Source: Candidatus Tumulicola sp. (lineage in GTDB: Bacteria; Vulcanimicrobiota; Vulcanimicrobiia; Vulcanimicrobiales; Vulcanimicrobiaceae). From it: a DNA stretch of 31,608 nucleotides. A model generated the notes under the pieces. It saw only the letters and a list, made by a program, of their open reading frames with translations, ran no database searches and had not been told where the DNA came from. Position numbers and translations under genes: made by a program. The stretch is taken from positions 1 through 31,608 of the forward strand of contig DATCGB010000289.1 of assembly GCA_036509155.1 (NCBI GenBank). The letters run 5' to 3'. Below, piece by piece: positions 9,157-16,211 of the stretch (position 1 is its first letter; each line of letters begins with the position of its first letter).

Positions 9157-9213
9157 GATGCTGGGAGGTTCGCTCCGACGAGATTTCCCGGCCTGCTAGT
9201 CGAAGGAAGCCGG

Positions 9214-9582
9214 ATGAAGATCGACGTGCGAGCCAACGACACGCTGGCCAACGAACGGACGTACTTAGCGTACGTGCGGACCGCGCTTGCCTTTATCGCG
9301 TTCGGATTCGTGATCGCGCGATTTTCGCTCTTCGCGCGCGAATTTTCGGCGCTGGTTCACGCCGGTGCAAGCAAAGAGGGGCTGTCCACGGCGTTTGGAA
9401 CCGGCATGGCCGCATTCGGCGTCCTGGTCGCGATTCTGGGGGCCTGGCGATACGCTGCCACCGACCGGGGTCTGCGCGAAGGCCGGGTGGTGGCGCTCTC
9501 GTCGGTGACCGGTTATCTGATTTCGCTGTTCATCGTGGCGGTCGGCAGCGTGGTTGCGATCGCCCTGCTGGCGTATCACTAG
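9214..9582 (+). CDS. DUF202/YidH family inner membrane protein
   Basis: DTLANERTYLAYVRTALAFIAFGF signature plus three TM segments. ATG 9214 preceded by AAGGAAG. Confidence 0.88.
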   Translation: MKIDVRANDTLANERTYLAYVRTALAFIAFGFVIARFSLFAREFSALVHAGASKEGLSTAFGTGMAAFGVLVAILGAWRYAATDRGLREGRVVALSSVTGYLISLFIVAVGSVVAIALLAYH

Positions 9583-10421
9583 ACAACGTCGAGCCCGAGG
9601 TCGAGCGCCGGTGCGCCGTGAGTCAGCCACCCGACGCTGACGATATCCACGCCGCTCCGGGCGACCGCGGCGACGGTTTCGCGACTGACCCCTCCGCTGG
9701 CCTCGGTGAGTAGCTGCCGGTTCGCGATCCGAACCGCTTGCGAAAGCTGCTCGGGCGTCATGTTGTCGAGAAGCACTGCATCGATCGGTTCTTCGAGCGC
9801 CGCACGCAGTTGCTCGAGCGTGTCGACCTCGACTTCGATTTTTACCATGTGGCCGGCGTGCGCGCGGACCGCGGCGACGGCAGCGCGGATCGAACCAGCC
9901 AAGGCGAGATGGTTGTCTTTGATCAGCACGGCGTCATCCAGACCGAAGCGGTGGTTCGCTCCCCCGCCGGCCCGAACCGCATATTTTTCGAGCACGCGCA
10001 GCCCCGGCGTCGTCTTACGCGTGTCCGCGACGCGGGCGTGCGTTCCGGCAACGAGATCGACGAACGCGCGGGTAGCCGTCGCGATGCCGGACAACCGACA
10101 GAGCAAATTAAGGGCCGTACGTTCGCCGGTCAGAATGGTGCGCGCGCTGCCGCGTATGTCGGCTATCGATTGCCCGGCCGCGACCCGTTCGCCGTCGCGA
10201 ACCAGGACGGTCGTTTCGATCGATGCGTCGAGCAGCGTAAAAGCGAGCGTCGCCGCCCCGATGCCGGCGATAACGCCGGGTTCGCGCGCGACGATGAGCG
10301 CGCGGGCGCGCCGCTCGGGCGAAACGATCGCGTCGGTGGTAAGGTCGTTGCCGTGCGCGAGGTCTTCGAGCAACGCGGCCCGCACGATCGGCTCGATAAC
10401 GAGGCGGATGGGCTCAAGCAA
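9579..10421 (-). CDS. nadC: Nicotinate-nucleotide diphosphorylase (quinolinate phosphoribosyltransferase)
   Basis: ERTALNLLCRLSGIATAT, DTRKTTPGLR, NHRFGL, LIKDNH, IEVEVDT, LLDNM, EASGG. Start uncertain (TTG 10421 chosen; the frame is open to 10454). Confidence 0.95.
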   Translation of the reverse strand: MLEPIRLVIEPIVRAALLEDLAHGNDLTTDAIVSPERRARALIVAREPGVIAGIGAATLAFTLLDASIETTVLVRDGERVAAGQSIADIRGSARTILTGERTALNLLCRLSGIATATRAFVDLVAGTHARVADTRKTTPGLRVLEKYAVRAGGGANHRFGLDDAVLIKDNHLALAGSIRAAVAAVRAHAGHMVKIEVEVDTLEQLRAALEEPIDAVLLDNMTPEQLSQAVRIANRQLLTEASGGVSRETVAAVARSGVDIVSVGWLTHGAPALDLGLDVV

Positions 10422-11943
10422 GGCTGCGAAGCCGCGTGAACGAGCGTTTGGCAAAAGCTTCGTCGGTTTGCGCGTAATCGCTGCGAAAGTGGCTGCCGCG
10501 GCTTTCGGGGCGGGCCAGCGCGGCCTCGGCGACGAGCCGTCCGACCGCGAGCAAGTTGCGCAGCTCGTAGCCCGCGTGGGGAAACGACGCGTCCAGCTCG
10601 GAGATGCGCAGCAGCGCTTCGCGCAGACCGCGCTCGTGGCGAACCAAGCCGACGTTCGCGTACATCACGTTGCGCAGATCGCTAATCGCCTGCGCTTCTT
10701 TGCGTTCGAGCGCGATTACGCGGTCGTGAGAAAGCGTGGGCCGCCGGCCGTCGGGGATGGCGGCGTTTCTAACGTCTTCGGCCACGCGCGAGCCGTACAC
10801 TAACGCTTCGAGCAACGAGTTGCTCGCGAGCCGATTGGCGCCGTGCACGCCCGTCGCGCTGGTCTCGCCGCACGCCCACAGGCGCGCGAGCGACGCGCGG
10901 CCCCATTCGTCGACCGCGATTCCGCCCATGTGATAGTGGGCAGCCGGCGCGACCGGAATGTTCTGTACGCGCGGATCGATTCCAGCCGCGATGCAGAATC
11001 CGAACACGGTTGGAAAGTCTTCCGGAAAGCGCGAACCGATGGCCGCGCGCGCGTCCAGCCCAACCGTGCGGCCGCGCTGGAGCTGTTCGAAGATGGCGCG
11101 GGCGACGACGTCGCGCGGGCCGAGTTCGGCGTCGGGATGAATTCCGAGCATAAAGCGCTCGCCGAGATCGTTGACGAGCACCGCTCCCTCGCCGCGAACC
11201 GCTTCGCTGACCAGCGGCATCGGATCGCGCCCGATGGCCAGCGCGGTCGGGTGGAACTGCACGAACTCCATGTCGGCGAGCAGCGCCCCGGCGCGCGCCG
11301 CCATTGCGATGCCGTCGCCGGTGGCCTGAACGGGATTGGTCGTGTACCGGTACAGACGGCCGATGCCGCCGGTTGCCAGAATCACGGCGCCGGCGGTAAA
11401 TGCGGTCGCCTCGCCGCCGGCGTTGTTTTGACCGTAGACTCCGCAGACCCGATCGTCGCCGACGATCAGGTCGGAAGCGGTGACGTCCTCGGCGACTTCG
11501 ATGGAGGGATGCGTCGATACGGCTTCGATCAAGGCGCCCAAAATGGCGTGCCCGGTGGCGTCGCCGCCGGCCTTGACGATCCGGCGGCGCTGGTGTGCGG
11601 CCTCCCGCCCGAGCGCGAGTTCGCCCGCGGCGTCGCGATCGAAAGCCGCCCCGAGTTCGAGCAGCTCCTCAATCCGCGCGGGCGCGTCTTGGGTGAGAAT
11701 CGCGACGATTTTCTCGTCGCTGATGCCGGCCCCGGCGCGCTGCGTGTCGATGGCGTGAAGGCTGGGCGAATCGTCCTTGCCCATAGCTGCAGCGATTCCG
11801 CCCTGCGCCCAATCGGTCGCCGCGCCCTTTCCGAGGCGCGTCTTGCACAACACGGTGACCTTTAGCGGCGCGAGCTTAAGTGCGGCCATCAGCCCGGCAA
11901 TGCCGGCGCCGACTACCAATACGCCGCTGCGAACTTCTTTCAT
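10414..11943 (-). CDS. nadB: L-aspartate oxidase
   Basis: VVGAGIAG FAD motif, WAQGGIA, EFVQFHPT, SEAVRGEG, PRDVVAR, AAHYHMGG, GVHGANRLASNSLLE, ESRGSH. Confidence 0.96.
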   Translation of the reverse strand: MKEVRSGVLVVGAGIAGLMAALKLAPLKVTVLCKTRLGKGAATDWAQGGIAAAMGKDDSPSLHAIDTQRAGAGISDEKIVAILTQDAPARIEELLELGAAFDRDAAGELALGREAAHQRRRIVKAGGDATGHAILGALIEAVSTHPSIEVAEDVTASDLIVGDDRVCGVYGQNNAGGEATAFTAGAVILATGGIGRLYRYTTNPVQATGDGIAMAARAGALLADMEFVQFHPTALAIGRDPMPLVSEAVRGEGAVLVNDLGERFMLGIHPDAELGPRDVVARAIFEQLQRGRTVGLDARAAIGSRFPEDFPTVFGFCIAAGIDPRVQNIPVAPAAHYHMGGIAVDEWGRASLARLWACGETSATGVHGANRLASNSLLEALVYGSRVAEDVRNAAIPDGRRPTLSHDRVIALERKEAQAISDLRNVMYANVGLVRHERGLREALLRISELDASFPHAGYELRNLLAVGRLVAEAALARPESRGSHFRSDYAQTDEAFAKRSFTRLRSLA

Positions 11944-11966
11944 CTTAGTCGCGCATCTTAGTCGCG
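11941..11966 (-). repeat. Perfect 13-bp tandem duplication (CGCGACTAAGATG x2 on the minus strand) at the nadA-nadB junction
   Basis: Plus strand 11941-11953 and 11954-11966 both read catcttagtcgcg. Confidence 0.92.
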
Positions 11967-12995
11967 CGGGTGGCGGCTAAATTCGAGCATGCGTTCCACC
12001 GAGCGGCGCGCACGTTGTGCGATCTCCGGGTCGATCGTAATTTCGAACTCCATCGCTTCGAGCGAGTGAAGCACCTTGGGCAGCGTGTTGCGTTTCATGT
12101 GCGGGCAGAGGTTGCACGGGCGCACGAAATCGATCGACGGATAGCGCCCCGAAACGTTGTCGGCCATCGAACACTCGGTCATCAGCAGTACGCGCGGGCG
12201 AACGCCGCCGGTTTCCGCGCCGCTCAGCTCGCCCACGTATTCGGTCATGCCTTGCGTCGATCCGACGAAATCGGCCTCGGCCAGCACGTCGGGCGGACAC
12301 TCCGGGTGCGCGATGACGACCAACTTTGGATCGTCTTGCCGAAAACGGCGAACGTCGTCGCCGCTAAAGCGTTCGTGCACTTCGCAGTGCCCCTTCCACG
12401 CGACGACCTCGACGTCGGTTTTCGACGCAACGTATTTGGCGAGATACTCGTCGGGAAGGAAGACGACGCGCGGGACCCCCAGCGCTTCCACGATTTGCAC
12501 GGCGTTGCCGCTGGTGACGCAAACGTCCGATTCGGCTTTGACTTCGGCCGACGTGTTGACGTAGGTAACGATCGGGACGCCCGGATATTTTTCGCGCAGC
12601 AGCCGCACGTCCGCCCCGGTAATCGAATCGGCCAGCGAGCATCCCGCTTTCAAATCCGGAACGAGCACCGTTTTGCTCGGGTTGACGAGCTTGGCGGTTT
12701 CCGCCATGAAATGCACGCCGCACAGAACGATGACGTCGGCATCGGTTTCGGCCGCCTTCATGGCTAGCGCCAGGGAGTCGCCCACGATGTCGGCGACCGT
12801 GTAGAAAATCTCCGGCACCTGATAGTTGTGGGCCAAGATGACGGCCTTACGCTCGCGCTTCAAGCGATTGATCGCCGCGACGTAGGGAGCGTGGATCGGC
12901 CACTCGACGCGCGGAATCACGTGGGCCACGCGCTCGAAGATCGGGTCGGTTTCGGCGGCGACGTCGCGGGTGTAAGGCAGGTCGATAACGCTCAT
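11958..12995 (-). CDS. nadA: Quinolinate synthase
   Basis: [53 protein letters not shown] (4Fe-4S cysteines). Confidence 0.96.
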   Translation of the reverse strand: MSVIDLPYTRDVAAETDPIFERVAHVIPRVEWPIHAPYVAAINRLKRERKAVILAHNYQVPEIFYTVADIVGDSLALAMKAAETDADVIVLCGVHFMAETAKLVNPSKTVLVPDLKAGCSLADSITGADVRLLREKYPGVPIVTYVNTSAEVKAESDVCVTSGNAVQIVEALGVPRVVFLPDEYLAKYVASKTDVEVVAWKGHCEVHERFSGDDVRRFRQDDPKLVVIAHPECPPDVLAEADFVGSTQGMTEYVGELSGAETGGVRPRVLLMTECSMADNVSGRYPSIDFVRPCNLCPHMKRNTLPKVLHSLEAMEFEITIDPEIAQRARRSVERMLEFSRHPRD

Positions 12996-13043
12996 GGTGC
13001 TCGTGGTAGGAGGTTGCGGCCGGATGGCCGCCGCCCCTGCACC
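12996..13043 (-). other. Extended hairpin filling the whole spacer between the hydrolase stop and the nadA ATG
   Basis: mRNA sense: GGUGC AGGGG CG GCGGCC AUCC GGCCGC AAC CUCCU ACCACGA GCACC then AUG. Three stacked helices of 5, 5 (one G.U) and 6 bp. Confidence 0.6.
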
Positions 13044-13994
13044 TTACAAAACCTTGGCGGCACCGGCGGTTTCCGCGAGAAACTGCGTCAGCAACGCGTA
13101 GAAGGCGTCCGGTTGATCCAACATCGCGAAATGCCGCGCGGGTGCGATCGGTTCGACCTTCGCCGCCGATGCCCCGGAGAGCATGCTCCGGTAGAACGCT
13201 AAAGTCTGCGCTTCGGTGAGCCCCAAGCTCGCGTAAAAGTCGGGGTCGTACGGCATGATCTCCAAGACCGGAATAGTAATTTTCGAAAGGCTCGGGCGCA
13301 GATCGGTGGTCAGGTCTTCCTGGAGCCACGCGGCTACCGCCTTCGGATCGCTTCTGGCCTCCAGAACGGCGGTCGGTTCGACCAGACTCTTCTCGCGCGT
13401 TCCGATCGTCCGCATAAAATTCATTTCATAGGCGAGCGCTTTGGCGGAGTCAAGCGACCCATACTGCGCGGCCGCCTGCTGCGCCAGGGTGGCACGCTCT
13501 TGCGGCGTTTTGCTGGCGAGCGGCGGAAAGATCGGCAGGCCGTCGACGGCGACGATCGCGCGCAGACGTTCCGGGTGCTGCTCGGCCAGCAGCAATGCCA
13601 GCGTTCCGCCGAGGCTGTGTCCGACGACGACTGGGGATGCAATACGTTCGCTCGCCAGCATCCGCCAGAAATCCGCCGCAAAAGTTGAGAAAAGCGGCCG
13701 TTTCGACGTAGCCGGACGCCCGTCGAATCCGGGCAACGTGATCGAATAGATCGTGTACGTGGGCGAAAAATGCGCGATCGTGCCGTACCACGCCCACGCG
13801 CCGCTCCCCAGTCCGGGGATCAGCACGAGCGATTGCGGGCCGCTGCCGTAACGGTCGACGTGCAAGCTGCCGGCGTCGAACGAGGCGGCCGGAACCGGGG
13901 CGGGCGGCAGCGCCGCCGCCGGCGCGCGCGACGTGCCGGCGAACGCGAGCGTCAAGCCGAGCGCTGCGACGCGGAGTTGTTGGGAACGATTCAT
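13044..13994 (-). CDS. Secreted alpha/beta hydrolase
   Basis: Signal-peptide-like N-terminus, LIPGLGSG oxyanion region, LPGFDG, VVVGHSLGG nucleophile elbow, C-terminal ARHFAMLDQP histidine. AAGGAG SD. Confidence 0.9.
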   Translation of the reverse strand: MNRSQQLRVAALGLTLAFAGTSRAPAAALPPAPVPAASFDAGSLHVDRYGSGPQSLVLIPGLGSGAWAWYGTIAHFSPTYTIYSITLPGFDGRPATSKRPLFSTFAADFWRMLASERIASPVVVGHSLGGTLALLLAEQHPERLRAIVAVDGLPIFPPLASKTPQERATLAQQAAAQYGSLDSAKALAYEMNFMRTIGTREKSLVEPTAVLEARSDPKAVAAWLQEDLTTDLRPSLSKITIPVLEIMPYDPDFYASLGLTEAQTLAFYRSMLSGASAAKVEPIAPARHFAMLDQPDAFYALLTQFLAETAGAAKVL

Positions 13995-14021
13995 CGATGG
14001 ATTCTCCTTAAAGATAGACTC

Positions 14022-14222
14022 TTAGTCGGTCGCGTCGGCGTCGAAAATATCCTCGACGGACTGGCTGAAGACTTTTCCGATTTTGAATGCGAGCGGCAGG
14101 CTGGGCGCGTATTTGCCGGCTTCGAGCGCGACGATCGTTTGGCGGGCGACGCCCAGCCGGTCGGCCAGTTCGGCTTGCGACCAGTCCCGTTCGGCGCGTA
14201 GAACCTTCAGGCGATTTTTCAC
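14022..14222 (-). CDS. Single-domain XRE/Cro-C1 HTH transcriptional regulator (66 aa)
   Basis: KNRLKVLRAERDWSQAELADRLGVARQTIVALEAGKYAPSLPLAFKIGKVF. GTG at 14222 overlaps the upstream TGA (GTGA). Confidence 0.92.
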   Translation of the reverse strand: MKNRLKVLRAERDWSQAELADRLGVARQTIVALEAGKYAPSLPLAFKIGKVFSQSVEDIFDADATD

Positions 14223-14620
14223 CGGTAACGTCTCGCGACGAAGATGCGGGCGATCGCCCACGAGCCCATGACCGCCAGCCACGTAAACCAGGCCGATGGA
14301 TGCGGCAGTCCGGTCGACTCGAGAAAGGCATAGGTCACCGCTAGGAGCGCCGTAACGCCGCCGGCAATTGCCAGCGATTCGGTGACGATCCTCCGCTGGA
14401 ACTCATCGGTTTCTCGAAAGTACCGGATGAAAATCGGGACCATGAAGGCGATCGGAATCAACGGCGCCAGGATCAGAAGGTAGCGCAGCGCGCCGTGCGG
14501 CTGGGCATAGTTGACGTAGCCGATCGCCGCGAACAGGACGGCCACGTAGGCGATCGCGGCGAGGCTGAAGCCGGTGAGATACCTACGGTTGGCGCGAGTG
14601 GTGGGATTGGGATCGCTCAT
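14219..14620 (-). CDS. Four-TM hypothetical membrane protein of the type found beside small XRE regulators
   Basis: Four hydrophobic segments with a central TDEFQRRIVTESLA loop (DE-x4-I-type motif); coupled to the XRE gene. ATG 14620 chosen from the promoter position. Confidence 0.8.
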   Translation of the reverse strand: MSDPNPTTRANRRYLTGFSLAAIAYVAVLFAAIGYVNYAQPHGALRYLLILAPLIPIAFMVPIFIRYFRETDEFQRRIVTESLAIAGGVTALLAVTYAFLESTGLPHPSAWFTWLAVMGSWAIARIFVARRYR

Positions 14621-14628
14621 CCCCCCGG

Positions 14629-14650
14629 ATTGTATGCTACACATTACAAT
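14629..14650. promoter_or_regulatory. Inverted repeat ATTGTA-N10-TACAAT over the -10 box (candidate XRE operator)
   Basis: attgta 14629-14634 and tacaat 14645-14650. Confidence 0.55.
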
Positions 14651-14657
14651 ATGTCAA
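14629..14657 (-). promoter_or_regulatory. Near-consensus sigma70/sigmaA promoter TTGACA-N17-TACAAT
   Basis: -35 TTGACA at 14657-14652, a 17-nt spacer, -10 TACAAT at 14634-14629, 8 nt upstream of ATG 14620. Confidence 0.78.
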
Positions 14658-14661
14658 GTTA

Positions 14662-14680
14662 AGCGTACTTTATGTACGCT
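14662..14680. promoter_or_regulatory. Inverted repeat AGCGTAC-N5-GTACGCT just upstream of the -35 box
   Basis: agcgtac 14662-14668, tttat, gtacgct 14674-14680; perfect 7-bp arms. Confidence 0.5.
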
Positions 14681-14729
14681 GAAATAGACAGTTCTTTGCC
14701 TTTGCCTTCCATGCCCCCGAGGCCTTGGA

Positions 14730-14744
14730 TGAAAGTCATTTTCA
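14730..14744. promoter_or_regulatory. Fur-family-like 7-1-7 box TGAAAGT-C-ATTTTCA upstream of the peroxiredoxin
   Basis: 6 of 7 arm positions are dyad symmetric and it resembles the TGATAAT-N-ATTATCA consensus; about 105 nt upstream of the ATG. Confidence 0.42.
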
Positions 14745-14849
14745 GTTTGAGGTCGACGGAGTAGAGTGGGTAAGCGGCCTGCGCGCTGCCCTTGGGCCCG
14801 GTCGGGCCGAAGAAAATCGCTGCTTCAAAGAAAAGGTTAGGTTTTATCG

Positions 14850-15401
14850 ATGTTGGCTCAGGTTGGTCAGGCGGCTCCGGATTTTACGCTCCCGAGCACG
14901 AAAGGCGCTACGTCTGCGAAGAATCTCGGTAAGGAGATTCGGCTGATGGACTATCGCGGGAAATGGCTCGTGCTGTTCTTTTATCCGCTCGATTTCACGT
15001 TCGTCTGCCCGACGGAGATCACGGCGCTCTCGGATCGCGCCGACGAATTTCAAGAGTTCGATACCGAGATTCTCGGATGCTCGACGGATTCGGTCTTCAG
15101 TCACTGGGCGTGGCTCAACACGCCGCGCGAAAAGAACGGCATCGCCGGAACCACGTATCCCCTGCTGGCCGATTTCACCAAGGAAACGGCGCGCGCGTAC
15201 GGCGTTCTCGACGAATCCAGCGGCGCGGCGAAACGCGGTCTGTTCATCGTAGATCCCGACGGCGTGCTGAAATACGCGGTCGTAAGCGACGACAACGTCG
15301 GCCGCAGCGTTGACGAGACGATGCGCGTTCTGCAGGCCCTTCAAACCGGCGGATTGTGTCCGGCAAACTGGGCGCCCGGCCGCGAGCTGATCGTCGTCTA
15401 A
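14850..15401 (+). CDS. ahpC: Typical 2-Cys peroxiredoxin (AhpC/Prx1 family; B. subtilis YkuU/AhpA-like)
   Basis: FFYPLDFTFVCPTEI peroxidatic motif, RGLFIVDPDG, VGRSVDE, resolving GGLCPANW. Confidence 0.93.
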   Translation: MLAQVGQAAPDFTLPSTKGATSAKNLGKEIRLMDYRGKWLVLFFYPLDFTFVCPTEITALSDRADEFQEFDTEILGCSTDSVFSHWAWLNTPREKNGIAGTTYPLLADFTKETARAYGVLDESSGAAKRGLFIVDPDGVLKYAVVSDDNVGRSVDETMRVLQALQTGGLCPANWAPGRELIVV

Positions 15402-15874
15402 TGGCGTTGCGGATGCGCAGCCCCCTCCCGTCGTTTGCGGGGGCTGCGGCGTGGGTTAACCGCGAGGTTTCGCTCGAGGAACTGCGCGACCGCCCGGTCG
15501 TGGTGTCGTTCTGGTCGATGAGCTGCTATCTTTGTCACGAAAACGCCGAGTTGGTCGCAGCATGGCGCGACCGGTTCGCCGCCCGTGGCGTCGCGTTTGT
15601 GTCGATTCACCAACCGCGCAATCCGGACGAACTCGACGTGGAGGCCGTCACCAAAGATGGGCTCGAGGAGATGCACCTGACGCAGCCAGTCGCAATCGAC
15701 AGCGCGCACGCGATCGTCGGCCGGTTCGCAAACGAGTTCGTCCCGGCGTTCTACGTTTTCAACCGTCGGCACGAGCTGCGCCACTTTCAGGCCGGGGGGA
15801 AAGGGCTCGAACGCATCGAGGCCGCGATCGAACGCGTCTTGGCCGAAGCGGCGGCAGAGCCGGTCCAAGCCTGA
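15401..15874 (+). CDS. ykuV: Thioredoxin-like thiol-disulfide oxidoreductase, YkuV/AhpT-like
   Basis: FWSMSCYLC (CxxC), SIHQPR, FANEFVPAFYVFN, LRHFQAGGKG, close to my recollection of B. subtilis YkuV. TAATG overlap with the peroxiredoxin. Confidence 0.85.
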   Translation: MALRMRSPLPSFAGAAAWVNREVSLEELRDRPVVVSFWSMSCYLCHENAELVAAWRDRFAARGVAFVSIHQPRNPDELDVEAVTKDGLEEMHLTQPVAIDSAHAIVGRFANEFVPAFYVFNRRHELRHFQAGGKGLERIEAAIERVLAEAAAEPVQA

Positions 15875-15992
15875 CCCTGCGCGGGTGCCTGGCGGGCAGC
15901 AGCCTTGCGCTCGGCACGTGTGATAAGGGTCATTCCGTGGTACGAGCGACACTAGAGAATTCTCTCTCGAACGCCTCAGGAGGAAAAGCTTC

Positions 15993-16130
15993 ATGAATCG
16001 ATGGTTTGCCGGCATAGTTTTGACGGCGGTTGTGGCCCTCGGAGCCGGAGCGCTCGGGGCGTCGGCCCAGCCCGCTCCCTCCCCGTCGCCTTCCGATTCC
16101 CCGACGCCGATGGCGTCAATGCAGCCCTAA
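15993..16130 (+). CDS. 45-aa secreted Pro/Ser-rich peptide (below the ORF-track cutoff)
   Basis: AGGAGG SD at 15978-15983; MNRWFAGIVLTAVVALGAGALGASA|QPAPSPSPSDSPTPMASMQP stop. n/h/c regions with an A-S-A cleavage site; followed by an intrinsic terminator. Confidence 0.75.
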   Translation: MNRWFAGIVLTAVVALGAGALGASAQPAPSPSPSDSPTPMASMQP

Positions 16131-16178
16131 GCTTCTAGAATCCGAACGTCGCGCCGTCGAGACGACGCGACGGGATCC

Positions 16179-16211
16179 AAACAGCGGCCATATAGGGCCG
16201 CTGTTTTCTTT
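16179..16211 (+). terminator. Intrinsic (Rho-independent) terminator
   Basis: aaacagcggcc-atatag-ggccgctgttt, a perfect 11-bp stem running into TTTTCTTT. Confidence 0.85.

Noticed and set aside
3888-12767. Long antisense ORFs opposite tatD, metG, pepP, nadC, nadB and nadA (e.g. 3888-5078, 5213-6460, 9706-10803, 10843-11865)
   Set aside because: They are explained by stop-codon scarcity on the opposite strand of GC-rich genes; no motifs and no SD support.
12996-13043. Calling the nadA hairpin an NAD+-I (nadA motif) riboswitch
   Set aside because: The A/C-rich bulge is on the 3' strand rather than the 5' strand, there is no tandem second domain, and the conserved nucleotides do not match by eye. 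Kept only as an unassigned structure.
13008-13101. Plus-strand AGGAGG followed by ATG 13024 giving a 25-aa ORF antisense to the hydrolase end
   Set aside because: The SD-like sequence is explained as one arm of the hairpin, the ATG lies inside the stem-loop, and the peptide has no features.
15993-16130. Peptide as a Phr/RRNPP quorum peptide or a CLE/CEP/PSY plant-hormone mimic
   Set aside because: No adjacent TPR/RRNPP receptor, and the mature sequence lacks those hormone motifs.
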